The position numbers and the translations under genes were made by a program. Of a DNA stretch of 64,000 bases, positions 11,618 through 25,337 are shown piece by piece (the first letter of the stretch is position 1; each line of letters opens with the position of its first letter). The notes under the pieces are model-generated. The model made no database searches. It was not told the DNA's origin and worked only from the letters and a program-made list of their open reading frames with translations. The DNA comes from Macrostomum lignano (Eukaryota), in contig NIVC01001610.1 in NCBI GenBank assembly GCA_002269645.1, positions 186,001 to 250,000 of the forward strand, in the 5' to 3' direction.

Positions 11618-12595
11618 GAACTCCCATTTGCTGTAGCAGCAGTCGCAAAGCTGCACTCGGCCATAGACAATAAAGCCAATCAAGTAGATAATTCCATTAA
11701 AGATAAGTTGGAAGATCAGAGGGAAGAATTAACTAGGAAGCATGGATGAAGGAATAGAAGGGATCGCTCATCTGAGGGCGAGTCTGTGGCCAAGACTTCC
11801 TAAAAATTGGGATATTCCCCCCCCCATGAATTTCATTGGCTGATGGAATTTAATGATAGTCCCCCCTAAGTTCTTAATGACTGAAGATTGTACGCGGGGG
11901 AAATTCACTATTAACGCGCGTGCTAGGCTGCTGTAGCATTGGCATAGATAACTTTTTCTCTTGTTTCAAATGCTAATTCAAGGAGTTCTATAATAAGCTA
12001 ATTATAGAACTCCTTGGCTAATTTCTTTCCCTTAAACCGTCGTGGCCCAGAGGAAGATTTCTAACGTTAATCGTGACTTTGGAATTCCCCCCGCGTACAA
12101 GCTTCAGCCAGTAAGAACTTGGGGGAGACTATAATTAAATTCCAGAAGCCAATAAAATTCATGGAGGGAATATCCCAATTTTTGGAAAGTCTTGGCCATA
12201 GACTCGCTTTCAGATGAGCGATCATTTCTATTCCTTCATCCATGCTAGGAAGACGGAAAATTGTTTAATTTAATAAGTCGCTAATAATTCAGCGTCGCAG
12301 AAATTTAGGAGTTTTGCCCATATTTTTCTACTGCGGTTAGTAGCGCGTAAAGATTTTTTAGTAGTAGTGATTCAAATAGGCAATTTCAGATTTAGCAATT
12401 TTATAAGATTTAGTAAGATAATTAATTGTTTTGGTTATAAAAATCCAGGGCATGTCGCCCTAGACGCTCGATCTTTCTCTCATTCCTCAGTTTAAGCTTG
12501 AATATTCACAGTTAAACTAGGAATTTAACTAGGAGTAGGCTTCAATTTTTTAAGCGGGGAGGCAGGTGGCTGCTGCTGCAGCGAATGGGGAGTCT
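11618..12595. mobile_element. Foldback/MITE-like element with nested long inverted repeats
   Basis: Inner arms 11740-11916 and 12065-12245 are imperfect reverse complements (gcatggatgaaggaatagaa...attaacg / cgttaat...ttctattccttcatccatgc). Outer arms 11618-11646 and 12566-12595. Confidence 0.75.
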
Positions 12596-13885
12596 TAAAG
12601 ACCGAGATCTTAATATCTTGCTTACCTATATTTAAAATGTCTTTTTCCAACGTATTGGATCTTAAATTGATTTGATGTATTGCCTAAACATTCTTTAAAC
12701 CTCTTTTTAAGGTGCCAAAATCTGTTTTAGATGGTTCTCAATTAATGTTAATTATAATTGCTTGTCTATCTGCCCGACTAATACTTGAAATGCAATAGGA
12801 AGTTTTATACTCATGTCTGGCTATTTTAACCGACACTGCTCTTGCTACTCAGCTTTCAAATTAGTTTATTATTTAATAATCGGTACCTCTCTGTTACGTA
12901 ATAGCTAATTAGGTACGTAAAATTAACTTAAAATTAAATTAATTTTTGTAAAATATACCAAACTATACAGATGACCCAATGTTAATAAAAAAGTACAATG
13001 TATTTCTGAAAGAACTGAAAATTAATATTTTTAGCAAAATTAGGCCTTCAAACAAATTCTTAATAGTTTTGCGAGTATTACATCCAAAAAGTTTGGGATA
13101 CCTTTTGGTATAATTATAAAACTTGGACATGGTGAAATTATCTTTTTATATATCTTTTTAATACCTTTGTCAATTGTTTTGCTCTATAACTGGTTAAGTT
13201 AATAGTACCTGTACAAGTACATGTACTTTACCCTACCCCTGCGTTCTATGCTAGCAATACCAGGAAATTAGATTTTCTCGGAATTTTTTATGATTCCTTT
13301 TTTACATTCTGCAGTTTTCATAACTACCTGTTATAACTGCTAGAATATAACTCTCAGATTTTGTATACTATGATTGTCTATTTGTGAACAGATATTTGAT
13401 GGTTCTTATTTGAAGTTTTTTATGTAGCAAAAAATTAATTGATTCATAAATTATTTTATCCGTCAATGACCTGGTTTATGTAAAAAATATTTCTTGAGCC
13501 GCAACTAGTTATAGTTTCTTTATTCATGGATTATAAGTGCGTACAAGCTCATAGATTCTTTTTTATTGTTCCAGTGTTAGTTATTATCCTGTTTTAAAAC
13601 AAAAGTTTACGAGTTAATTACACAATTTTTTCAGTTATTCGGCTAAGTATGCATGAGAAATAAATGAGTTTGTGAAAAAAAATTATAAAAATTTATTTCA
13701 TAACTTGTCATCTTTTCAAGTCACAAATAAATGGACGACAAGTCGTTTGAGAATTAAATTTATATAAAAATTCGAACATATTGTACTTCAAAAGTATAGG
13801 TCCTTACACAATTTTCCACATTAACTTGGAATTGATTAGATAGGATTGGCGGATGACGAAAACTCCCTTCTGTTAGTAGTGTATG

Positions 13886-14149
13886 CAGGGGCGTCGCCAT
13901 GGATTTTATGATGGGGGACAAAGCCAAGAATTGTACATGTACAGGACTAAATTTTGGCACTCATTTTAGCGCCGCAGGCATTCCTTTTAGCGCCGCAGGC
14001 ACTCTTTTTAGCGCCGCAGGCACTCTTTGGCGCCGAAGGCGCTATATTTTGGCGCCCTGAAGAAAAATGATTGATTACCACCACAACTCAGAAGGGGGGG
14101 GGGCAAAGCAGTAATTGGCATGTCCCCCCCCACGGTGGCGACGCGTCTG
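13886..14149. mobile_element. Non-autonomous hAT MITE, 264 bp
   Basis: TIRs caggggcgtcgcca / tggcgacgcgtctg; perfect 8-bp TSD agtgtatg at 13878-13885 and 14150-14157; internal (gcgccgcaggc) repeats. Confidence 0.9.
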
Positions 14150-16686
14150 AGTGTATGCTAATTAAGATGACGAAGCGCGCGACCGGAATCAAGGTTGGAT
14201 CATATATAGATAACCTAGATGACGAAATGACTAGAAAACGTATCTACATGTACAAACGAGTCACAGTATAACTACAGTGCAAGTGGATGCATATACATGT
14301 AGTCATTCGCGACTGTGCCACTCTCATCCAGTTGTCCGTTTGAACACTAGTGGTAGTAAGTATTGGACTGGCGCAGGTAAGTGCCTGTTTGGCCAAGACG
14401 GACCGATCCCAGTTTTTCAGATCTAAGCTCAGAACTATGGTAAGTTCTGTGCATCTAAGCTTAATAAGAAGAATCTTGAGGTAAAGCAAATTTAATGGTT
14501 GGCGAAATTTGAAGTATTTGTCGAAAGAAGACAGAAAAATTATTAGTTTGCATAAAGTTTTTGGACAGATAATTTTGGTATATACGCTCGTAGATTGAAT
14601 AATTTTCATGTGCATTTTCTACTATTTTCAAAATGTCGTCAATACGTCAGTCTCGTATGGCCCGCGGCCCCCCCATAATATGATTTCCGGTATGTCAAAT
14701 ATGGTGTCAATTCTCTTTGTTGCTAGTGGAGTTCTATACCAATACAGTGTACACCATGACCATACCAATTCTGCGTTATTTCGATGTAAATTTAAGTTAG
14801 GTTCAAGACTATTGGGATGATTATCCTTATGCCTTATAGTGTAGGCGTAGGCGATAGGTGTAGCATAGGCAGGCCAAAGATGAAGCTTAGCATTCTTAAC
14901 CTGGCCTGGCTGCAGGCTACACTATAGCCATAGGTATAATACTGATACTGAATCATGCTTACTGATGAATATAGGGCCTAATGTATTCCGTCACAATGAT
15001 TTAGGAATTAGGATTAATGAAACAGGCTGATAAATTTCAATCAATTACATTTAACATCAATATAGGCCTATGCCTATTATGTTAGGGCAGTTAGGCCTAT
15101 AGGCCCCTAGGCCTATCAACACCAACAAAGTTTTGGAACTCTCATTTTTCTTATAAATAGGCATCTATTCTTGAGACTCCTAGTTCTAGGCCTAGTCCTA
15201 ATTAAGACAGTTTGGTGATATATGCCTATATAATTAATTGGCAAATGTAAAAGTGCATGTTTAATTATTTTTCAACTTAAATGAACACAAAAAGTGTGTT
15301 TATTGTGATAGGAAAGACATTTAAAAACACAAAACTGTAAAATCCATATTACAGAGCTCTTGGGCTTGACATAACTGCCTTGGGGTGCTCACCTTGACTA
15401 TGGTCACTTTATTATCTTAATTAATGCACTACTTTAAGAAAGTCATTTTGTCATCTACCAATCATATTAGTTCCAACTTCAAGCAAATTAATGTTACAAT
15501 CAAACATATTTACTGGTTACTTTGAATCCTGATAATCCCAGATTCCCAGTCATTTTGTTATCTTGATTGATAAAACCTATCAATTGACCAGTTCTACTTG
15601 CCACAGCCCACAGATTAGGCCTATTGTATATACTAACAAAAATAATTTACACTAACTCAAATCTCACACATGTTGATTGGTTGATAACAAAGTATCTAGC
15701 ATAAATAAATATTTGGTCACTTCATCATATTATTTTTTGAGCTAACTTTGTTTTTAGTCACTTTGTCATCTAATATGATAAAATGGAATATGATTATTTG
15801 ACATTCTGACCAGTGACTAGTAGATGTCTAGCCATGTGTCTCCTATCATATTAAATACACTTAGGTATTCATTTATATAGAAAAATAATTAAATGTGCAT
15901 TGTGCATTTCTTTACAATTGCTAGCCTAGTAAATTTTTTGTTAATTGTATAATAGGCCTATTCATTATTATTTAGCTATTTAGCTATTATTATCAATATT
16001 AGAATAAGGCAAGGCAATTATTAGCATTATAAGAATATCCTTTTTTCTGAAAGTTATTTATGTTAAATTAAATATTTTATTACTAACCTAGATAATATGC
16101 ATGCATATCAAAACTTCAAAACTTCTATAAATTCAATGTAGAGGCTAGGTCATTTCATGGATAGCAATGGCTAAAGTTTTAGCACTGGAACCCATTTTCT
16201 AATGGCTAGGCTTATGGATCTAGCAGTCTTTTGCATATAATTAATTATCTACTAATAAAGTCTAAACATTAGAAATATCTTGTTTTGAATCTCATTATTT
16301 TGTTTTTAGGTTATCTTGAACAAAATCCCAATATCAACCACTGGTTAAAAAAGTAAAATGTTTATTGCTATATTATACCTATAAATTGCATTACTAGAAT
16401 AGGCCTACCCTATTGCCAGATTCATAGCTATTAGAAAATAGGTTCCAATACTGGAACTCTAGCCATTGCCCTTATGGATAGGCCTTACAGGCCTTACAAT
16501 TTTGTTTTGCAACTTTCAACTTACCTAATACTGATGTCACCTTATATAAATTGGTTTATTTTTATTCTTTCTATTTCATTGTTTTATATTTTATATTTTA
16601 AGATCCCTATATTACTTTTTCTTTTTCTTTTTGTCTTTTTATTGTCTTTTTTCTTTTCATACTTTGTCTTTATTACATATTGTATT

Positions 16687-18367
16687 ATAAATAAAGGTCA
16701 ATATCAACATTGAGTATTATTTACTTATTTGAGTTGCCAATGCATTTTGTCCAATATTGGACATCTTTGGGGTCGAAATTTATTTTAACCAAATTATTTA
16801 ATGCAAACAGTATATATAGTGAGTGGAGAAAAGTATAAAAGTACATATAATTTTGATGGTTCAAAAGCAATTGAATTAATATACACCATTGAATTGAATT
16901 GAATTAATTGAAAGTGGAAGCATTATTGGTAGGGGGAGAGTGCATGTTGGTTTCATTTCAGTCTGGTTATTAGCAAGGTAAACTAAAATATGCAAAGTTG
17001 ACAGCTAGCCCCACCTATTGCAAGTTGATTATTTAATGTGGGCTGTCTCGTTTTAATGTACAGGGCTTCTAATAGGCAGAGCATGTGATCTCTATTGCAA
17101 AAATCAATAGCCTTAATCATCTTGTGTGGGTTAGCATCACAATAACTGTTGCAAGTTAGCAGGTTGAAAAGCAACCTTTTCAGTGCAAAACACAACATGG
17201 ATTTGAGTGTTCAAGTCTTAATAGAACAGCTTTTCAATCTTTTTTGAACTCAATAAAACAAACCCCAAATAAAGGTAAAGTGATCAAGGGACAATCAAAG
17301 GTGGATTCACAAACTTTCATCTGAGTAGGTTCAGTCAGTTTGTCATTGAGAAAAGTGTTAACAATTTTCAACACAAAGTTCCTAGGGTAGCCATTGTAGC
17401 TAAGCAAGTTGGTGAGGATTTCAACTTCATTGTGAAAGAGCCTCCAGGAACTGCAGATGGAAAAGGCCTGGTGAAGAAAGCAGCAAACCAATCCAACTTT
17501 CCATTGTCTAGGGCACAGGGCATCAAACCTAAGCATAAGCCCGGTAAAGCTAGGTTTCCTAAACATACTGATAGAAATAGTTTCATTGGTGGCATCAACA
17601 TCAATGTCTAAGAAAGGAAGTCTTCTGCCTCTACCTTCCACCATAAATTTGATATTCTCATGAGTAGAATTGATAATGTTGAAAAACTCATTCTTTGTAG
17701 TTTTGTCCTCAAAGATTGCAAATGTGTTATCCATGTAGTATTTGTAAAAGCAAGGCGCATATATGAGGGACATCCAGTCCTTTTCTTAATGAGCCATGCA
17801 CAAATTATCAAGGGTTAGGGCAAGAGGACTGCCCATGGCACAATTATCAATCTGTCTATAATATTTGTCCCAAAAAAGAAAAATGCTAGAGGTGGCGAAT
17901 TTAAGCATCTTCTTAAAAGTGGCTTTCAAGAATGGAAGTGGATTGGCTTTTTCATACACAAGATCAGCAGCAAGCTCAATGGTGAATTCAAGACAGATGT
18001 TGGTAAACAGAGAAACAACATCAAAGCTATAAAGCCTGTTAGTTTGATTAGTCGTGGTGTTGCTAAGACTCTCAATAAACTGTTTATTGGATTCCACACA
18101 GTGCTCAGAAGGAACGACTGGTTTAATTATAAGATTAATTTTGTAAATTGTCAAGGAATTTGGCTAGCTCATATTCCAAAGTAAGTGAGCTAAAATTACA
18201 TGTACTTTCATACTTCTCTCCACTCACTATATATACTTGTACTGTTTGTGTTAAATAATTTGGTTCAAATAAATTTTTCAACCCTGAAGATGTCTAATAT
18301 TGGACGAAATACATTGGCAATTCAAATAAATAACTGATACTTAATGTTGATATTGACCTTTATTTAT
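16687..18367 (-). mobile_element. Decayed Penelope-like retroelement (RT plus GIY-YIG C-terminal remnant) with inverted terminal repeats
   Basis: Frameshifted minus-strand ORFs 18154 to 16983 contain SFDVVSLFTNI, YYRQIDNCAMGSPLA, YYMDNTF (decayed YVDD), LPFLDI, RKPSFTG, NGYP and LEALYIKTRQPTLNNQ. Inverted ~170-bp repeats at 16687-16854 and 18192-18367. Confidence 0.88.
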
Positions 18368-19384
18368 CTACTTTTCATTAGGCAAGCCACTTTACTTGAT
18401 TAATATTATATTATTTTTTTAATTGTTAAATTTGCATCTTATCCTTGGTTTATTATTTTAAATGTATACCAATTGGATTAGCTAGGCTAGATAGCAACTG
18501 AAAAGCCAAATATGTTTTTAAAAATTTGCATGGCTCTTAGACTAATAGTTGAATAGCCAATGTACTATTTGCCTACCAATGTTAAATAATCGATATAATT
18601 ATTAATATATATATACTGGTAGGTCTCTACTATTACTAAAGAGGGAAAACAAGTGATATTAGATACAGAGTCTAAACCTTTATTGCATAGGCTATATAAT
18701 ATAAGTAAAATAAGAACTCAGTTATGTAAATTAATTATCAATAACAATACTAATAAAATTACTAGATAAAGCTTAGAAATTATTTTTTTAATTATAGGCC
18801 TATAAAATTTTATATAAAGTCTAGGTCTAGCCTAGTTTAGCAAAATAATATAAAATATAAAAAATTAAGCCAAAGATCCTTGTATATTGCTTATTTTCTA
18901 CTATTAAATCTATACTTTTATTCTTATTTAGATAAAAATGCTAAATGCACTTGTTACTTGAAGTTAAATTAGTGATTAGTGTAGGCTATAATCTATAATC
19001 AATTGATAAACTTTATAATATACCAAATACTACTTTAGACCTAGCTTATAATATTGCTCAGAAAGAATTTTATCAATTCATACCTTAGTATCAAAATAGT
19101 TTTTAACACTCTGTTTTTAGAAAATAGATATGAAGATAAAAGATAGAATTGTAAGATTTTAGTGTATTATGTAAATATAAATATTAGCTAATTTTGTTTA
19201 AATCTTAAGATATATAACAATAAATCACTCAATAAAGGCAACAGATAATGTTAAGATAAAATGTTTGTCTTGAACAAAAATATGGCATTCTCTGACACAA
19301 AAATTTAAGCACTTCAGCACTACTGCCACTATAATATACCACTTGTACCATTTTACAGAACCTTACTGCCTAGCAACAGTTACC

Positions 19385-21585
19385 ATGCAAACTGAAGCAT
19401 ACAATGCCACCACTACCACAACAACGCGTCAGGAAGGACCAGGCGTTAGCTTGGACCCAGAATTCCCCAAGACTATTATGGGTATCCTTATGATTATTGC
19501 CTCCGTTATGGGGCTCATACTGATCATCTGCGGTTCCATCTATCCGTGGTCTGTCCATGGCGGCGGTTTCATTGTCTTTATTGGCATACTGGCGATGTTC
19601 GGCACTGGCGCCCTGTTTGCAATTTACTTGCTGCGCGTGGTGCCCCGCGTTCCCGGCCCGTTCGGCCTCATTGTGAGTTCCTTGGATTGTTGTTGTGCTC
19701 TAATTGTCCCCCGCGCCCTCTCACAGGGCTATCGCTGTGTCCTCAGTGTCCCCCTCAGAGGGCCATTGCTGTGTCCTCAAGTGTCCCCCTCAGAGGGCCA
19801 TTGCTGTGTCCTCAAGTGTCCCCCTCAGAGGGCCATTGCTGTGTACTCAAGTGTCCCCCTCAGAGGGCCATTGCTGTGTCCTCAAGTGTCCCCCTCCGAG
19901 GGCCATTGCTGTGTCCTCAGTGTCCCCCTCAGAGGGCCATTGCTGTGTCCTCAAGTGTCCCCCTCAGAGGGCCATTGCTGTGTCCTCAAGTGTCCCCCTC
20001 AGAGGGCCATTGCTGTGTCCTCAAGTGTCCCCCTCCGAGGGCCATTGCTGTGTCCTCAGTGTCCCCCTCAGAGGGCCATTGCTGTGTCCTCAAGTGTCCC
20101 CCTCAGAGGGCCATTGCTGTGTCCTCAAGTGTCCCCCTCAGAGGGCCATTGCTGTGTCCTCAAGTGTCCCCCTCAGAGGGCCATTGCTGTGTCCTCAGTG
20201 TCCCCCTCCGAGGGCTATTGCTATATTCTCTACGTGTATTCTCTTCCTCTCAGTAAGATTATTGGCTAATTAAAAAAAATATTTGTTCGCAGATGCTGAT
20301 CTACCTGCTCGTGCTGAGCGTGCTGGCTCTGATCGGCCTGATTGTCGCTGCCGTTAATGGCGTGAGCTGGGGCGCCGCCATCGCCAGTGCTGTATGCTAT
20401 TGCTTTATTTGCTTGTGTTATCATAAGAGAATCAGTTCAGTTAAACAGAGTGAACTGCTGCTTTCAGCAACTGGAAACATATTCAGATAAATACTTGAAT
20501 TAGTTACACATTTAATCTAATTTATTCAAATCGCACATCTTAACACTAGATTAGAGATCTAGGCATTCAAACCCTGTGGATATGTGGTACAACAACAAAT
20601 TGCGGGATCTAAATATTGGAATCCAGGATCTAGCCAATGGAGTCCAGGATCTAAACATTGGAATCCAGGATCCAGACAGTGAAATCCAGAATCTAGCCAG
20701 TGGAATCCGGAATCTAGACATTGGAATCCAGGATCTAGCCAGTGGAATCCGGAATCTAGACATTGGAATCCGGAATCTAGACATAGGAATCCAGGATCTA
20801 GACATTGGAATCCGGAATCTAGACATTGGAATCCGGAATCTAGACATTGGAATCCAGGATCTAGACATTGGAATCCGGAATCTAGACATTGGAATCCAGG
20901 ATCTAGACATTGGAATCCAGGATCTAGACATTGGAATCCAGGATCTAGACATTGGAATCCAGGATCTAGACATTACAATCCAGGATCTAGACATTACAAT
21001 CCAGGATCTAGACATTAAAATACAGAATCTAGATGTTGCAATACTAGGATCTAGACATTGCAATCCAGGATTTAGACATTTCAGTCCAGGATCTAAACAT
21101 TGGAATCCAGGATTTAGACAGTGGAATCCAGGATCTAGACATAGGAATCTAGAATCTAGAAATTGCAATCCAGATCTAGACATAGGAATCTAGAAATTGC
21201 AATCCAGGATCTAGACATTGGAATCTAATATGTAAAAATCTTCTGAAATGGACGTCTAGATTAACATAATCCAGTATTATAGATTATATAATTAGCAATA
21301 GTCACCCAATATTCAAGAAAATCACTGCTAGCAAACCGCACACTCCAGGTGTTCTGCGTCCCAGCGCTTGGCCTACACATCGCTATCGGGTATTTCATGT
21401 TTTTAAAATGGCGCCAACCCGGCGGCGCTCTCAATCACGAGTTTCATCGGGGCGAGTGCGGCCACGCCTACCGCACCGAGCACAGCACCACCTCGGCCAC
21501 CGTTAGCGGCGGCGGTGGCGGCGGTGCGGCTTATCCCGCCTCTGAGCGCCGCATGGAGGCTCCGCCAGCCTACGGAAATTATTAA
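19385..21585 (+). CDS. Four-TM MARVEL-domain-like membrane protein (CMTM/plasmolipin/MAL-like), 207 aa; exons 19385-19672, 20293-20391, 21349-21585
   Basis: Two phase-0 GT-AG junctions (att|gtgagt...cgcag|atg; gct|gtatgc...ccag|gtg). Four hydrophobic segments; N-terminal FPKTIMGILMII resembles the MARVEL F-x-x-T-x-x-G-I-L start; C-terminal PPAY motif. Confidence 0.78.
19715..20225. repeat. 34/35-bp minisatellite, ~14 copies, filling MARVEL intron 1
   Basis: Unit cctcaagtgtccccctcagagggccattgctgtgt. Confidence 0.95.
20600..21230. repeat. 21-bp minisatellite in MARVEL intron 2
   Basis: Unit ggaatccaggatctagacatt; source of the spurious IGIQDLD and MSRSWIP ORFs. Confidence 0.93.
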
Positions 21586-21749
21586 ACTAACAGCTATATT
21601 CGTCTGTTATGTACTTTTAATATGCGAACTCGCGACTGGCTTCCATGAGACAATGTCTGCCAAGCTGTTGTTGTTGCTAATGTTCAACTTTTAAGCCAAA
21701 GTTAACTTTTTTAAATATTGACCTAGCTATATAAAGTTATCTACCGGTA

Positions 21750-24392
21750 CAGACAGATCTATTCCCATATTAGAGATAGATCTATTCCCATATCAGAGAC
21801 AAATCTATTCCCATATTAGAGACAGATCTATTCCCATATCAGAGACAGACCTATGCCCATATCAGAGACAGACCTATTCCCATATCAGAGACAGATCTAT
21901 TCCCATATCAGAGACAGATCTATTCCCATATCAGAGACAGACCTATGCCCATATTAGAGATAAATCTATTCCCATATCGGAGTCAGATCTATTCCCATAT
22001 CAGAGACAGACCTATGCCCATATCAGAGACAGATCTATTCCCATATCAGAGACAGACCTATGCCCATATTAGAGATAGATCTATTCCCATATCAGAGACA
22101 GATCTATTCCCATATCAGAGACAGATCTATTCCCATATCAGAGACAGATCTATTCCCATATCAGAGACAGATCTATTCCCATATCAGAGACAGACCTATG
22201 CCCATATCAGAGACAGATCTATTCCCATATCAGAGACAGATCTATTCCCATATCAGAGACAGACCTATGCCCATATTAGAGACAGATCTACTCCCACATT
22301 GAGAGATAGATCTACTCCCACATTGAGAGATAGATCTACTCCCACATTGAGAGACAGATCTACTTCCACATTAGAGACAGATTTACTCCCATATCAGAGA
22401 CAGATCTATTCCCATATTAGAGACAGATCTACTTCCACATTAGAGACAGATTTACTCCCATATCAGGGACAGATCTATTCCCATATTAGAGACAGATCTA
22501 CTTCCACATTAGAGACAGATTTACTCCCATATCAGAGACAGATCTATTCCCATATCAGAGACAGATCTATTCCCATATCAGAGACAGATCTACTCCCACA
22601 TTGAGAGACAGATCTACTCCCACATTGAGAGACAGATCTACTCCCACATTGAGAGACAGATCTACTCCCACATTGAGAGACAGATCTACTCCCACATTAA
22701 GAGACAGATCTACTCCCACATTGAGAGACAGATCTATTCCCATATTAGAGACAGATCTACTCCCACATTGAGAGACAGATTTACTCCCATATGAGAGACA
22801 GATCTATTCCCATATGAGAGACAGATCTACTCCCACATTGAGAGACAGATTTACTCCCATATGAGAGACAGATCTATTCCCATATTAGAGACAGATCTAC
22901 TCCCACATTGAGAGACAGATCCATTCCCATATTAGAGACAGATCTACTCCCACATTGAGAGACAGATTTACTCCCATATCAGAGACAGATCTATTCCCAT
23001 ATTAGAGACAGATCTACTTCCACGTTAGAGACAGATTTACTCCCATATCAGAGACAGATCTATTCCCATATTAGAGACAGATCTACTTCCACATTAGAGA
23101 CAGATTTACTCCCATATCAGAGACAGATCTATTCCCATATCAGAGACAGATCTATTCCCATATCAGAGACAGATCTACTCCCACATTGAGAGACAGATCT
23201 ACTCCCACATTGAGAGACAGATCTACTCCCACATTGAGAGACAGATCTACTCCCACATTGAGAGACAGATCTACTCCCACATTAAGAGACAGATCTACTC
23301 CCACATTGAGAGACAGATCTATTCCCATATTAGAGACAGATCTACTCCCACATTGAGAGACAGATTTACTCCCATATGAGAGACAGATCTATTCCCATAT
23401 GAGAGACAGATCTACTCCCACATTGAGAGACAGATTTACTCCCATATGAGAGACAGATCTATTCCCATATTAGAGACAGATCTACTCCCACATTGAGAGA
23501 CAGATCCATTCCCATATTAGAGACAGATCTACTCCCACATTGAGAGACAGATTTACTCCCATATCAGAGACAGATCTATTCCCATATTAGAGACAGATCT
23601 ACTTCCACGTTAGAGACAGATTTACTCCCATATCAGAGACAGATCTATTCCCATATTAGAGACAGATCTACTTCCACATTAGAGACAGATTTACTCCCAT
23701 ATCAGAGACAGATCTATTCCCATATTAGAGACAGATCTATTTCCATATCAGAGACAGACCTATGCCCATATTAGAGACAGATCTATTCCCATATCAGAGA
23801 CAGATCTATTCCCATATTAGAGACAGATCTACTTCCACATTAGAGACAGATTTACTCCCATATCAGAGACAGATCTATTCCCATATTAGAGACAGATCTA
23901 TTTCCATATCAGAGACAGACCTATGCCCATATTAGAGACAGATCTATTCCCATATCAGAGACAGATCTATTCCCATATTAGAGACAGATCTATTTCCATA
24001 TCAGAGACAGACCTATGCCCATATTAGAGACAGATCTATTCCCATATCAGAGACAGATCTATTCCCATATTAGAGACAGATCTACTTCCACATTAGAGAC
24101 AGATTTACTCCCATATCAGAGACAGATCTATTCCCATATCAGAGACAGATCTATTCCCATATTAGAGACAGATCTACTTCCACATTAGAGACAGATTTAC
24201 TCCCATATCAGGGACAGATCTATTCCCATATTAGAGACAGATCTATTTCCATATCAGAGACAGACCTATGCCCATATTAGAGACAGATCTATTCCCATAT
24301 CAGAGACAGATCTATTCCCATATTAGAGACAGATCTACTTCCACATTAGAGACAGATTTACTCCCATATCAGGGACAGATCTACTCCCATAT
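21750..24392. repeat. 23-bp minisatellite, ~115 copies, with higher-order blocks
   Basis: Unit gagacagatctattcccatatca and variants (ctactcccacattga, ctacttccacatta). Confidence 0.96.
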
Positions 24393-25337
24393 TTGACAAT
24401 TTTCCCCATACTCTAAATTGGTAAATTGGTTAATCAACCTACTAATATATTTAGTGTTTTACATGCAATTTTATTTATCTATTTGTACAATGGCCAGTTA
24501 CTATTAGTAGTTTACGCTTCATTGTTAATCACCAGGTAAAAAACCGTTTATTTGTCACTTATTTACCCTGTCAGGACATGTTTTCATCCAGCTGGCACCG
24601 ATTTTTACCTGTGTCAATTTGTCCATTTCACTGTCTGGCAATTTTTTGTAATTTTTCGAATTCTATTCTATCATCAGCTTGTTGCTCGCTCGCTTGACCA
24701 ACGAACTATAGTTGCTAAGCTAATCCGCATTCCAATAACTTTATGTGCCTGTAAGAATGACATTGAAGAGATTTCCCATATCTTCTGAAGAGATTGATTA
24801 GATCGTTTTTTTCATATCGGAATCTCTCAAATGTTAAAGAGCGAAATTTTACATCTGTTGGCAACCGACGTCTCTCTAGTTGCAGTGAATTAAGTTTGTA
24901 TACATGTATTAGTGGCGTTATTATAATTATACTGCTACATTCTTATAACCTCTCTCTGCTTACTGCAGCACTTTATTTTTATTAGTATTTTGCTTTTTTG
25001 CTACTTTTATCCAAAATATAGCTAATTTGCCATCATGTAAATTTGTGTCTTTATAAAGCTTATAATTTTTTTCGCTTCGTGTTTTTTCCTATCCCCACTT
25101 GATCCTGTTTTATTCCATAATAGAAAATTTCACTGCCTTCAGAATTATGCCTGCTTGCGTTTGGCTATTCAAAACTGCTGGCTAAATTAATATTGATGAC
25201 AGTATGGAATTTTATCTGTCTGCTTGACTGTTGGGGCTAAATTTATAATGCTTCATTAGTATCAGTCAACTTGATGACGATTTCAGGTGTGACAAAACCG
25301 CCATCCCATATCTAAACCTTCGGGTCACCACGAACAT

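Noticed and set aside
19673-20273. Cys/Pro-rich C-terminal extension of the 308-aa ORF
   Set aside because: Read-through into the intron-1 minisatellite; a canonical donor at 19673 gives a coherent 4-TM protein instead.
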